From Catajapyx aquilonaris (taxonomy: Eukaryota), in assembly GCA_000934665.2 (NCBI GenBank), contig KZ538621.1, positions 1 to 58,237 of the forward strand: a stretch of DNA of 58,237 nucleotides. Direction: 5' to 3'. Positions 36,127 to 49,276 of the stretch are shown here, one piece after another. The translations under genes and the position numbers were made by a program. Below the pieces are notes generated by a model, which made no database searches, was not told the DNA's origin, and saw only the letters and a program-made list of their open reading frames with translations. Positions within the stretch are counted from its first letter, which is position 1; each line of letters opens with the position of its first letter.

Positions 36127-38800
36127 TAACAATTCACACTGCATTCTATTGGTCACATGTCCAGGTATTTAGACCCCAACAATTAGTGATGTATTTGAGT
36201 AAGAACAGCCATATTTGATGACAGGAGTTGTGACCCACACAAGATTTAATATGTTCAGTTTCAACCCTGGGATATGGATGGCTCATGAGAAAATAATAGA
36301 CATGTTATGCAGATATACCAAAATTGCGTAACCTTCAGCATGAAAATAGCGATGAATTTCCATGGACAAATATCGTGTTGCATAGTGATAATCACTCTTT
36401 AAATTGTATGAACCCACTGCAGATCTGCGCTGGCTTGCATGCTTGGGTGGGAAGAAAAGGATAAGGACATGCAGCCAAGATAGACCTTTGATGCAACGAC
36501 TTGGCATAGAATTTTGGTGACCCTCTACGAATGCTCGTGTTGGCCCTGAAAAGGGCCGTTTGTAATGTTGGTCCTGAAAAGGACTGGTGGTCTGATGTGC
36601 TGTGGAGCTCGGCGGTCTGATGTTCCTCGATGAAGGCTGCAGATGAAGTGAAGTTGCCCTGCGCCTTGGGTGCCGCTTTTATGGGCAAGGCGCGGACCTT
36701 GTGGAGGTCAAGCCAGAATGGCTCGATTCTGGCCTTGAAGGCTTTTGGGGGGAAATGAGCCGGGGAAAGGAATGGCTTGGAGGCCGATGAGAGTCAGGGG
36801 AAGTGTGTTGGATAGAATCCCCTACAAAATAATGTCTAAGTTGCGTTAATTTTACCTATCATTCTTCTACAAGGGTAACTCTCTCTGTCCAAAGTTTGTC
36901 CGTAAACACTCATCGCCTAGGTACAGTAACCATAGATTTTCACATTCGCCGTTCAAACTATTACACGACATATAGCGGTTAGAAAAGGTATGATCCACGT
37001 AAATGGAGTCGAGACACACGCTGGTCATAGCGACACGGTGACTGATCGCCAACGTGCATGTACTACTTTCCCTATAAGCACGGCAGTAGTGTGCAGAGGG
37101 ATAGTCTATGCGCCAACTGGTAGGGGCACTACTTCCAAGTGGGAGGTGGCCAAGCAGTGTCGCCATAATTTGGCAACGGGTCCAACTAGTTGAGTATAAT
37201 ACACATATGGTCCCCAATATCACCTTACCCTTTTCCTCCAATCCAAGGATTCAGGCCAGCACAAATGAAACAGTGACGCCTTGCGTTTCAAATATGATGA
37301 TGGAGCTGAAATCAACCAAATCAACTAGAGTAATGTCGACTTTGAATACCTCAAGGAACCTACATCTGACAGTGAGAGGAAGTATGCACTTTTTGTAACA
37401 CCCTGTACTGTGACATGGGCTGGGATGAAGTTGTACTCAATAAAACATTAAGTCAAAGTTTGTGGCATTGACCAGTGACAGTGGAGCTGGCAACCAGTCA
37501 CAATAATCAAATGTTGCTTTCCACCCATGTAGTGAGGAGGCTACAGAGCTTCCCAAGTGAAACCTAGCCCTTGGCTTCATGCTACACTAGAACCTCGATT
37601 ATTATCCATCACCCACGGGACTGGGGCATTATGTCTCTTGGAGTTATGGTAATCTAAGTGATTGCACGCGAAGCAAAAATCCGTATAAATTGGTAGACTT
37701 CGCACCCTGTAGTTACGCAACCACGCAACGCAGAGGCATAATAATTTGGCTTCCTGCGTAGGTAGATGAGTAGTACATGTCACTAAATTTTGGTCAAGGT
37801 CCTCAAAGATATGTCGGAAGGGTGGCCCGCTTGACGTGGAATGCCTCATACGTATATAGGCCTTTATAAACCGAGGAGTTGGATAACTGGGGTTCTACTG
37901 TACTTGGTTCTTTTGGATGCACACCTAATAGGTCAAAGCCCTCAGAATGAAAGGATTGCAAGTTAGTCTTGTATATAAAAGAGTATATTCTAATGAGGGG
38001 GTGAACCAAAATTATTATTCAGAAGAAAAATGCTGTACTCTAGTGCAAAAGTGTAGAACCCTGCATGTAATGTGCAGTTATGTAATCCATGCATTTTTGT
38101 AGTTATTACATATCAGATGGTGTAGTGAGGAAGAGAGAAAATATTACATTGAAAGGGCTTGTCTATTGACAGCAACCTTGAGTCATGTAACAGGAAACGG
38201 TATGTTACTATTGTGTATAGTAGCCTAGTATATGTGCACATACAGTATAGTGCAGGGCAGTTCCATTGCTCACAGTCAGTAGCATTCTGATTGCTGAAAT
38301 ACTGTAATATCAGAGGTCCAATTACATGTACAGGATATCACCAGGAAGGCCTAGAAATTTTTTATATTCCCCAATGCAGTGTGTGACCTGATATCAATTT
38401 CCTATGATATATTGTTCCTGTTTCCTCTAAGCAGATAACTGTTTATGGAACAGTGAACCGGATATAGCAAAACTATGAAGTTTTTTTTTGTTGCAAAAAC
38501 AGCATATGTCAAACATGAATTGAATAGCTGATTTTCTAAAGGGTGTATTAAGTCACTGTGTACATGTTTTGCGCCAAATTTCAAAATTCTAAAAAGATGC
38601 AGGGTGGATCTGATCTCAAGGATCTCACCTGGAATCACCCTGCTGCCATCGATCATCAGTACCGTACCGTATACATTTCATCATAGCGGCATCCAGTGAT
38701 TTTCTAGAAACTCAGTTATAGCAAGGAAGGATCTGCTTTTAGGCCGTGATCTACGGATCTTTGCACTGCATCCATATGAAACATATAATTATTATGAAAT

Positions 38801-39160
38801 GGGGGAGGTGTGGTGGCCGTGATGGTAACGTCACGGCTTGCTGTGTGAAAGGCCCCAGGTTCGATCCCCGCCTGGGGAACTTTCCTTTCACCTGCGTCGG
38901 GAGGGTCTCTGACCTGCACCAAGGAGGTGTCTGGCAACCTAACCTCCTGGGGAACAGCACATGACCCATTTGTAGACATTGCACCTGCACCTATGTTCCC
39001 TCCCCAAAAAGTCCCTATCCTTACCCCATGTCCTTTCGTCCTTGCACCGGAGTTGGAAAATATAGAAAATCGAACAAAAAGAAATGGTGGTGTCCCACTC
39101 CCCTATAGGGCTTAGGCCCACAACGGGGTACATAAAAAATAATAATAATAATTATTATTA
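38801..39160 (+). mobile_element. SINE family B
   Basis: 5' body nearly identical to the 3778 copy; TSD attattatgaaat. Confidence 0.9.
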
Positions 39161-39199
39161 TTATTATGAAATGAACCGCCCAAAAGGGTTTACAAAATC

Positions 39200-39460
39200 A
39201 ATCAGCCATTTGTGCGCCTGCGTACGCATAACAATGTCATGAACACAAAACGCATGCGCTCTGATGGTTTCATCATATAGTTGCTTGTGTAAACAGCTAA
39301 TTATCCTTTACACTTGACATGTCCTTTGAAACGCGCATGAGATTACAATCCATCCCTGCTCTGATTGGACCAAGGCAATGAAAAGTGATAACGTGATTGG
39401 TGCATGAATTCTGCATCCCTGCCTGCCATCCTGTGACGTCACAGGTCCAAGATGGCGTGA
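39200..39460 (+). promoter_or_regulatory. Probable housekeeping promoter of the Rabin8/Sec2-like gene
   Basis: NRF1-like tgcgcctgcg and cgcatgcgc, two ATTGG (CCAAT) boxes, CRE TGACGTCA 39434-39441, YY1-type CAAGATGGCG 39448-39457, followed by a GC-richer exon-like tract. Confidence 0.6.
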
Positions 39461-39738
39461 TATTTCCTGGCAGATCCGTTGCTTGGGAGCCCGAGGCTAT
39501 CCGTCTCCTAGTTCCCCGTTGCCCTGCTCAGCATCCTCTTCGTAATCTCAGCCTCCTCTTCACTGCCACGCCAGCCACTGCTGCACGGATCTTCCGGAGA
39601 CATTGTGCCATCTTTTTACTCGCCAGGATCCAAATCGGAGCTGCAACAGTGCAACCCGAGAAGATGTGGGTCTGAATCTCAGCTGATGGGACTCAAGTGA
39701 CCTCGCACAAGCAGGGCAACAAAAAAGGGGGAAGGAGG

Positions 39739-39781
39739 ATGCAGGAGGATGGCAGCTCAACGCAACTGCAAGACAATGATG
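39739..39781 (+). CDS. Putative first coding exon of the Rabin8/RAB3IP-like gene
   Basis: ATG...MQEDGSSTQLQDND, then g|gttagg donor (phase 1), frame-compatible with the acceptor at 52493. Confidence 0.55.
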
Positions 39782-40338
39782 GTTAGGGGTTTCTATGTTT
39801 GCTGCATATATATTTATAACATAACGAGTGCTTAATTGTGATTGTGGGAATAATGGTGATGATTGACAAGGAGTTTGAGTCTATATGCATGAATTTCTTT
39901 GCAATGGGAGTGTGGTGGAGCCAGTAAGCTTGGCATTTGACAACTAATATTTGTTTTGACAACTAGTAAAAATAACTTCAAAAGGAACTACAGTAGAACC
40001 CCGATAATCCAACCGTCCCACTCCAGCAATAAATCTATGTTTTCTCATCAAATACTGTAATGCAGACCTACTAATCGTTAGTTTTGTATTGCCTTAATTA
40101 AATTTATTGTAAATACAGTACAGCAGAGTGTAAATGTAAAAGACAAATACCTCAGTATTTCTTATAAAACCATAATATTGTACATTATTTCATGTTTTCG
40201 TGTTTTTGTTGCATTTCATTGAAGCTTTCTTTGCTCCTCGGATTATCCTACCTTTTTGATTATCCGACGATGCCCCAGTCCCATGGGTGATGGATAAATA
40301 TGTATAAGTACAGTATAACAGGAGTATAAATAAGCAGC

Positions 40339-40637
40339 ACCGAAGCAGTGGTAGTGGAGGGGATATGGTATCCGACTCCTAATCGGGAGGTCCTGGGTTC
40401 GAGTCCCGGTGGCCGCCGACCCTGACCGTGGTTTTCTGTGGTTTCCCATGGTCTCACCAGGAAAATGCCGGGGTCGTGTCCGTAATTATAGGCCACAGCC
40501 GCTTCCTTCCGTCCCTATATCCCATCCCCATATACGAGAAGTAAAAACGAAAGCAAGAGTTCCAGATAAAAAAAATATGGTGGTATCCCACCCCCCTAAA
40601 AGGGCCCATGGCTCTAGCACGGGGTACAAATTATTAT
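40339..40637 (+). mobile_element. SINE family A
   Basis: tRNA head; TSD tataaataagcagc. Confidence 0.85.
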
Positions 40638-41153
40638 TTATAAATAAGCAGCCTATTGCTTTAACCTGTTGAGGGCCATGACCCTCATATGAGGGTCTGC
40701 GGATGTTTGAATTTGGCGCGCTAATAAATTATGCACAGAGAATTCAAACTACACATATATGGGCATGTCAGTTTGAGCAACCAGTATGTTGCTTCTCATA
40801 TCCTTATTTGAACATTAGACATGACAATTTATTTGGCTGTGACTCATGAACTCACACCTTACAATTATTTCACCGAAGGTGTTCAAAAATGTGTCATTGG
40901 CTACTGGTGGAAAATGATTTTTGAAAGCTTGTTACTGCTGACAACTGATTAAACCTACCATGGCCAGACCTAATTGCCATTAACCAACTATGATTATAAC
41001 TTTCAAGTAGGCAGGGACCTCTGAAACTTTCTTTTGTTTTTTTCATGAGGCAGATTTCCTCTCTTAACTGCACAAATCTTCAACCTGTAATAATTTACTT
41101 TAATTGAGAGGAATACTAAAACTGACTAGCGAGGTTCGTAAGCCTGGTTGATA

Positions 41154-41726
41154 CCTTATTACCTCACATAAAGCGGCATGCCGGTGTAGCTGAGGTCGAC
41201 CAGTTTTTAGAAATGCACCATCTGGTGGCTATACCGGCACGCCGGTATAGGGCGAGGTATGCAGATATAGGGTGAGGTTTTCACATAAGTTACATGAATA
41301 TTTCGCGCATTTTGTATGCTACCGTCAGCTAGTGTGAACCCCACTTTATCCTTTCCGAACTTGACATTTGCCTGAAAATCGAAATTCACGGAAAGGTTAT
41401 CAAAAGGCACATTTTCTGAATATATTGTTTTTTATTGCAGTGTCTGGCAATAATCTCTCTTTAAAAGCAGGCTGATGATGGGATTGGTCACACAATCTAC
41501 ATTTTTTATATGCACTGTGCAACAGAACTTGCATATTCTCACGGCCTGTACACTCGTCCATTTTCATCGTAACATAATTTCAGTACGGTACCAGAAGCAT
41601 TCCATTAAAAAATGACAAAGATCAAATTAAGGAAATTACCTCGGTTATTGCGGCATGCCAGCCACCCCCGGGTTATACTGACATGCTGGCTGCCCTTTAT
41701 GTGCCGCTTTATGTGAGGTAATAGGG
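41154..41726. mobile_element. TA-flanked Tc1/mariner-type MITE
   Basis: ta|ccttattacctcacataaagcggca ... tgccgctttatgtgaggtaataggg|ta. Confidence 0.75.
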
Positions 41727-41733
41727 TATAGGC

Positions 41734-42393
41734 CAGGGCTATTCAACTGGCGGACCGCGGTCCGGATCCGGACCGCGACGTAATTTTGTCTGGACCGCGA
41801 CGATATACAGGACAGTTTGAAATAGCATTAGAAATTACTAATTCATGATTTTTTGGGAAAAGTGCTACCAATTTTATCAAATACACACCCATTCAAATCT
41901 CCCACTTTCACATAAGCTCGTGTGACCTTCCACCCCCTCAAAAAAAATTCGGCTGCGGCGGGCTTGCTCCCCTCTCTTTGCGGTTTGTTCACCTTGTGCT
42001 TATGAAATGGGGCCCCCTCCGAAATTTTTCTGCCTATGTGCCTGTACAGGACATCATAAAGGGGGGGAAATGTCTTAACCCTGTAACGCCCACTGGGTCA
42101 GATCTGGCACACCATTTAGTGCAATTTTTGCAAGTTTTGCAATTTTTATATTTCCTGTAAGTGCCAAATTGCACTAAATGGTGTGCCAGATATGACCCAA
42201 GGGGCATTACAGGGTTATGACCTGTCTTGATAGGCTCTTCTACCCGTGCTGCACAAGTTTCTATTTTCAAAAATGAACCATGTGCTACCATATAAAAATA
42301 TAAAATCCATATCTTTACCCAGGAGGTCCGGACCTTCAATGGCCCAGGAAAGGTAAATACTGGACCTTGTCATAAACTAGTTTAATACCCCTG
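41734..42393. mobile_element. hAT (Charlie/SPIN-like) MITE
   Basis: cagggctattcaactggcggaccgcggtccggatccggacc ... ctagtttaatacccctg; repeated ggacc subterminal motifs; no matching TSD. Confidence 0.6.
42079..42214. mobile_element. 136-bp piggyBac-type mini-MITE
   Basis: ttaa|ccctgtaacgccc...ggggcattacaggg|ttat; almost fully palindromic. Confidence 0.7.
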
Positions 42394-43155
42394 CTGTAGT
42401 GCAATTGCCTGTGAAGAATTACTGCATGTGCCCAGAAATATTGGACTGTTCGCGAAGTGTCAGCACCGGGTTGGACTGATTTCGTAATTCAGAATCTGTC
42501 CAGTGTACATGAGCAGCTGAGCAAAACCAGAAGGTGTGGAGGGCATCAGGAGATGCAGAGTGCAGGCCATACCTGCCCATGACCTGGACGAAAATAATGT
42601 GAGGAGGGAATGTCTAGAAGTCCAGGAGTTGGTCCTGACTCTTGAGCCAAGGGTAATCCAGGATGTCATCCGTACTGTGATTGCATCAGGAGTCTGCATA
42701 TATGACTTTGAGATGACCAAATTGGTCATGAGAATGCTGAAGAGAGAAGATTTGCAGCAGTGCACTTTGGTTACTTCCTTGGATAGGTCTTTGCCCCACC
42801 AAATGACACTTATGATCAACCAATCAGACAAGTACTTGCCTTCACTCACAGTACGGATGACAACCTTTCCGTACAGTCACCTGGACAGCTGGACTACCCT
42901 TTGGCTCAAGAGTCAGGACCAACTCCTGGACTTCCAGACATTCCCTCCTCACATTTCGTCCAGGTCATGGGCAGGTATGGCCTGCACTCTGCATCTCCTG
43001 ATGCCCTCCATACCTTCTGGTTTTGCTCAGCTGCTCATGTACACTGGGTAGATTCTGAATTACGGAATAAGTCCAACCCGTTGCTGACACTTCGCAAACA
43101 GTCCAATATTTCTGGGCACATGCTGTAATTCTTCACAGGAGATTGCATTACAGCA
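42392..43155. repeat. Long inverted duplication (~290-bp arms, ~165-bp spacer)
   Basis: 42392-42680 is the reverse complement of 42846-43155 with scattered mismatches and indels; no recognisable TIR termini or TSD. Confidence 0.9.
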
Positions 43156-44300
43156 TGTGTCCAATTTCAGTAGACATTTCATGAAGTGCACAATTTCGCT
43201 ATGGGGCTACGACATATACATGTAAATATTGCAATACAATTCTTTATACATTGCCATAAAGACTATTAATATGACTCATTGATCCTTTGCATATGATTTT
43301 AGTATTTACAAGGCATATAACTTGCACAACATAAACCCTATTAATCCATCTTATGCAAGTGGCTGAATGCTTAAGTGCTGTTGAAGGCCAGTTGGGTCAG
43401 CCCTGTTATGCCACTTTAATTGAGCAATATATGCCTGGAATGCAAAGTGGGGCATTCTGAAATGGTTTTGTAAATGCCTAACATGAGATTAGTATTATCA
43501 AGGGTAGGGAGTGAAAGCATTTTAGGATACAGAATTGCATTTATCTCAGGAATTCCTCCTGATGACATTGTTTTCATATCAGTTTGTCTCTGAACACATT
43601 TTGTCGTGCCGTTTAATAAGATTAATTTGTCATCTCTGCAATTTTGGAAGCCTTTATTATTATGACATGTAACAGCTCACACTTGTTACTATTATACCAC
43701 TACCTTGAAAAGTTGCTCTATAGGTTGATGGACCCTAAATAGTCTCTCACACTAACACAGACAGTTACAGTGCATGTTTTGCTACTGAATCTTGCCTGCT
43801 AGTGTAGCAAGATAGACAATAGGGTGACTGTAGCTTAGGGTTGCATGTAGTTTAGATTGAAGGGAGGCCAAAAGGGGGAAAACTGCAATGCCAATGATGT
43901 GATGCTCATGCCACCATGTTGACTGCTTAGGCTTTAGAGAATGGGTTGGAAGGAACAGTGGCTTTTATTTTGTAAAAGTTGGCCAGTGATTGACAGGTGT
44001 GTGCCAGGACATTCATGATTAGTTGAAACTGGTCAGGAAAAGAGGCAAGGAACTGTTCTCTTCATCATTCTCAGACTTTAAGAAGCTGCTAACTCAAATT
44101 AACATTTCAGTCGTAGTTTGGAAGTTTTACTTCCCTGGTAGTTTTGCACACAGTCTGTAGATTAACTGTTGGAGAATAACAGATTAGTAAAAATCAGTTT
44201 AGGGGCAAATTTATGAAACACACCTAATTAGAACATCGTTGGGCTCTAGATCAGTGGTTCCCAACCTGGGGGGTCGTGCATATCAATTAATATCTTAATA

Positions 44301-44651
44301 ATATTATAATTATAATAATAATTCTTGGGTAGTGCCTGGCCCTATATAGGTTATGCGGCACAGACCTTTATTGTAACTTGTAGTACATAGACCATATTTT
44401 TGAAATGCCTGGGCCCATGGGCAGGATGACAGGAGGGGATGTGCAAGGTGCAGTGCAATGTCTTAAACATGGCCATTTTTAGTGAACTCTCCCGGGTGGT
44501 TTAGTCTGTTGGATATACGTACCACCCGAGGCGAAGCCAGAGACGACCTAAACTCTGCACGAGGTGAAGGGGGTGTTCCTGGGCTGGGATCGAACCCGGG
44601 ACCTTAACATCCGTGGGCGCATACGTTACCGCAGCACCACTCCGCCTCCCC
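44301..44651 (-). mobile_element. SINE family C
   Basis: Homologous to the 26793 copy; TSD taatatcttaata. Confidence 0.85.
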
Positions 44652-45104
44652 TAATATCTTAATATCAATTAATATGAAAAGCACAAGCACCTGAATAATA
44701 TTTCCTTTGCCAGTGTAATGTTTTTAATGAGGGAAATTTTAAATGTGGGAGACATGCCAGATGTGCATTCTCAGGGAACCGCTGGCTATAGGTGGTATTC
44801 ATTGCCATCTGCTACGGCAGGGGTGGGGATGACATGGGGAAGGGGGGAGCGGCGGCCATATAGGCCTGGCGAGATGTAAAGCGCGGCGTAGATGGCAGCA
44901 TGGAGGTTGGGGTCATGATATCCTACATAGCTGGATTTGTCTGCATTTGGCCAAAAGAAATTAGATAAGAACTTACCGTGTGAAGATTGGGTTCAAGCAT
45001 CAATAACTGATGAATTCAATTTGTTTTTGGACAGTTCTTTGATAGAAAGGAAAATCACCGGGGGGGGNGGGGGGGGGTTTGACCAGTTGATTTCTTTCAA
45101 AATA

Positions 45105-45879
45105 CAGGGTGTCCGTGAACCGACCAGTCAGACCTGTACCATGGCTGAATTGTCACCAGAGGATCATGTTCTGTAGGGGAGTCATTCTGGGCTTACTGAG
45201 ATAATTGCCTTCAAATTACAAGTGCAAAGTATCCTGGGAGGTATGGAATCCTTCAGCCCCAAAATCGCATCGCAGGTAAAATAATAGCTGCTTTTGGGGA
45301 GGTGTGGTGGCCGTGATGGTAACGTCACGGCTTGCTGAGTGAAAGGCCCCAGGTTCGATCCCCGCCTGGGGAACTTTCCTTTCACCTGCGTCGGGAGGGT
45401 CTCTGACCTGCACCAAGGAGGTGTCTGGCAACCTAACCTCCTGGGGAACAGCACATGACCCATGTTGTAGACATTGCACTTGCACCCCATGTTCCCTCCC
45501 CAAAAATCCCTACCCCTACCCTACATCCTTGACTCCTTGCACCGGTGACTGAAGAAAAATAAATGACAGAGAAAACTGATGGTGGTGTGCCACCCCCCAA
45601 ATAGGCCATTGATGCCTGGCATGGGGTAAATTTAAAAATAATAATAATAATAATAGCTGCTTTAACATTTGTCTACTAACCATGTTGCATGGCACACACC
45701 AGCACACACTGTCACACACTGCTACTTGACAATCACTCTTAGGCCCAATTGCTAAATCACAAATGATCAATTATCTCAGTAATGAGGCTGCCCAGACATG
45801 ACTCCTCTACATAACATGATCCTCTGATGACAATTCAGCCACGGGTACAGGTCTGACTGGTCGATTCAATGACATCCTG
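45105..45879. mobile_element. Tc1-type MITE containing a SINE B
   Basis: TA|cagggtgtc...cgaccagtcagacctgtacc pairs with ggtacaggtctgactggtcg...gacatcctg|TA; arms ~90 bp. Confidence 0.8.
45296..45648 (+). mobile_element. SINE family B
   Basis: Body matches the 3778 copy; TSD aataatagctgcttt. Confidence 0.9.
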
Positions 45880-45938
45880 TATGCAGTAACAGAATAATGT
45901 TGGATATATGTTGCCTTTGGAAAACCAAGAGCTATTGC

Positions 45939-46381
45939 AACCGAAGCAGTAGTGGTGTAGTGGATATGGTGTCCGACTGCTAATCGGGAGGTCCTGGGTT
46001 CGAGTCCCGGAGGCTGGCAGTCCTGACCTTGGTTTTCTGTGGTTTTCCAAGGTCACCCCAGGGAAATCCCGGGATCGTACCATTAAATAGGCCACAGCCT
46101 CTTCCTTCCTTTCCCTGCCCTGGAGGAGGAGTGGTGTTCGGTGGGGGACTTCCGGCCGCGCCTAGGGGGGTGTCTAAGCTTGGCCCCCTGAGGGACTGCA
46201 CACGGCCCCCACCACAGGACAATGCACTGCACCTTTGTTACTCCCTCCCTATCCCTTCCCTGCCCCTGCACCGGTGAGATTGAAAAGTATAGACAATGGA
46301 GATCTCCTCCCCCTGCATTGACCAATTGGACTGAAGGGGGAACCAAATAAATAAAATAAATAAATAAATAAATAAATAAAC
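45939..46381 (+). mobile_element. Extended chimeric SINE (family A head, extra module, family-B-like 3' module)
   Basis: TSD aaaaccaagagctattgc (45921-45938, 46382-46399); (TAAA)n tail. Confidence 0.8.
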
Positions 46382-46583
46382 AAAAACCAAGAGCTATTGC
46401 TTTGATGAAAAGTATATTGTTTGAATACTTGGAAATCATACCATTTCATATTGGAACAGTGTTAACTGAGTAACTACCGTAGTTGCAAGGAGAAAAATTC
46501 ATACGGGTAATACGAATGATTTTATTTATGGTCCAATAACATTACAGTGTCATGTATAGGTATAATACATCTGCATTTACTTA

Positions 46584-46790
46584 TTACTTTGAGCTTAACA
46601 TTTTTGTAACTTCCTGTAACGTCCTATAGTCACCATTCAAGAAGTGGTCACTGCATGCCCTGGACATGGAGGTGCATACAAAATTTTCCCTTTTGAGTGC
46701 CGCCAGCCATTTTTTTCTCAGCAGTTCATAACTTGGAAATCGATGACCTCCCTTCTTGTAACACCCAAAAGCCGCACACATGATTGGCAT
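46584..46790 (-). CDS. THAP (C2CH zinc finger) domain ORF, probably the N-terminus of a transposase
   Basis: MPIMCAAFGC...HRFP...RKKWLAALKR...RACSDHF..GDY carries the THAP Cys/Cys/Pro/Trp/Cys/His/Phe signature. Confidence 0.8.
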   Translation of the reverse strand: MPIMCAAFGCYKKGGHRFPSYELLRKKWLAALKRENFVCTSMSRACSDHFLNGDYRTLQEVTKMLSSK

Positions 46791-47545
46791 TTTGTATTAA
46801 TAACCGCTGAGAACACAAGTACAGCATCAAAACATTGCAGGGCTGGCTCGGCTGCCGTCTGTATCATGACTCCAACCCGCTCCTAGCGGCCACAACTGGC
46901 TCTTGCCAGCCCCATTTGTGAACACTCATGAGGCGGCAATATGAATTTGCATGGCGCCTTACGGCAATTCCATCTCACTTTGAACGGTGACTTTGAAGCA
47001 TCTATCGGGGTTAGAAATGTGCAATGCATACCAAATGAAAGCTCCATTTAAGCTACATCTCATGCAGTACATGTCCATCCGAGAGGTTGAGCAAGGAACC
47101 TTTTACAGGAGGTCGTACAAAACGATACAATTTTTCCCTGCTTTTCACCGTAATTGCAGTTTGTGCTATCGAATCTCTCAAATCACATTATAATTTTCCA
47201 CATTTTAATATGTTGTAAAGATAATCTCTCTCTGCACATGACACCAACTTGTGGCCAATATTATTGACGTTGATTCAATTATTTGAAAATTTTAAAAATT
47301 AGCGTCGGTGATATCGGACAGGGTATATCCCAGCAGCTTGATGGATGGGCGGGAAATTGGAAGAGACGGACATACGTTCTGATAGAGAATATAGAGATAG
47401 AACAGAAATAGATGAAATAGAAATAGGTGGAATAGAGGTAGATGGAGTAGATAGAGATTCGGCTGAATATACAGAATTAGGCCCTATCTCGAGAACAGTA
47501 AGAGCTATCACAGCTATCATGAATGTGTGTGTAAAACCTGTGGCC

Positions 47546-47600
<55 letters not shown>

Positions 47601-47602
47601 GA

Positions 47603-48906
47603 CTAGAAAAACCCTCGCTTCGCTCAAATTTTTCTAGGGCGCAGAGCTACAAAGCGTCTCGCTTGTTTCTACGCCTGGGGCCTGTGATGGTGGAGGCCGT
47701 ATTGTTATGGAGGCACGATTGCAAAAATACGGTAAAGCAGATGGCTCTGCAGCTCTAGCTACAAGCTGTCGAAGTGAGCCTACCGATTGTTTGCACAACA
47801 ATAGAAGGCATTTGTTGACCCCTCTCCAACAATCCTGTCCCATTGCCATGACGCCTTCCCCCACTTCCCGCCCTACATTTGAACCTGATTGACTCGCCCT
47901 GTATCTCTCCCACAACAATCAGAGCCCATGGCTACGACCACAAAAAAATTGTGCATGCAGCTTAGTAGCATTGGACATGTCTACACTTCTTCTGGGGCCG
48001 TGTGGCCTCAAAAATGCCTCAATCGAACAGAAATTGCATAGAAAAATAGTAGATGATCTGGCTCAGGGCACCTATTCGCCTTCTTCCCATTTTCGGTCTA
48101 TAAATGAGTTGAAGTAGAGGCAAATGGAATTTCCGGAAAGTCAATTTGAATAACATGGCGAAGAAATCGCAACAAAATCGGACCCTTCTGTGGCTGTATG
48201 CCCACAATTTTAATGCAATCGTGTCTGTACCACTCGCACCACTGTAACAGCCAAACCTTTGCGCAGGATATTCCAAGTTAACGACTCCAAAGAGGATGAA
48301 CGAAGCATTTCGCAAAAAAGAATTAGGTTCCCTTCGAAATGCGCCTACCTTCTTTTTTTGCAACTGTCGTTCAGCCAGTGATGACGGCCATGGATCCAAC
48401 AACCATCCCATCCTGTTCTATTCTGTTTTGTTCTGTGGCCTGTTGGATCGGAATGGTTGTAACTCGCGATGTTCTACTGGTTTTTTCACATGTTTTTTTC
48501 TTTGTTGAACCGATGTTCTATTGTTTTGTTGTTGATGTTGAGAATGTGGGGTCGGATAGTCGGGGATGCGAGCGGGAGGATGGTTGGGTGGAACAGGAGG
48601 GGGGGGNNNNNNNNNNCTGGATGTTAAGGGTGTACCGATGCCAGTGTGGATGGAACAGGGAGAGGGGTCGAGCTGGTAGTGGGAGAGACTGACTTGTGTT
48701 GTTTACTCGTCGGAAGTCAGATAGCTACTGAGGCGGTCCACCACCCATTGCGCATGCTCGGAACGGGGGCCAATCGGAGGCGTCATGGTAACAATGCGTC
48801 GCAGTAACAATGGGCGGGGGCCAATCGGAGTGTGGCGGTCACACAATATGGAGGCGGACCAATCAGAGGGCTTATACACACTTCGCAAGCATTTTAATAT
48901 TATAGA
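47603..48906 (-). mobile_element. Non-autonomous Helitron
   Basis: Minus strand A|TCTATAATATTAAAA ... gcgaagcgagggtttttCTAG|T; a similar 3' end lies on + at 34121-34141. Confidence 0.7.
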
Positions 48907-49276
48907 TACCCTTGATAGGTCCTCTTGGGCCTTTTAGGGGATCTTTTAATTCCCTTAATTTATTATTAATTACATTTGTCATTATGTTAATTATTATAAT
49001 TGTTAATTATTGTGATTTTAATCATTCCCCGCTCAACCCCTCCTATGGTCATGTACTACATTAGACAGAACACAAATGTAGCTTCCATTTGGTATGCATT
49101 GCATATTTGTAGCCTTAATAGGTGCTTTACAGTCACGGGGAAAATGGAGACGGATTTTCCGTTCTTGAGATAGGGCCTAATACTGTATATTCAGCCGAAT
49201 CTTTATCTACTCGGCCTATCTCTATTCTACCTATTTCTATTTCATATATCTCTCTGTTCTATCTCTATATTCTGAA

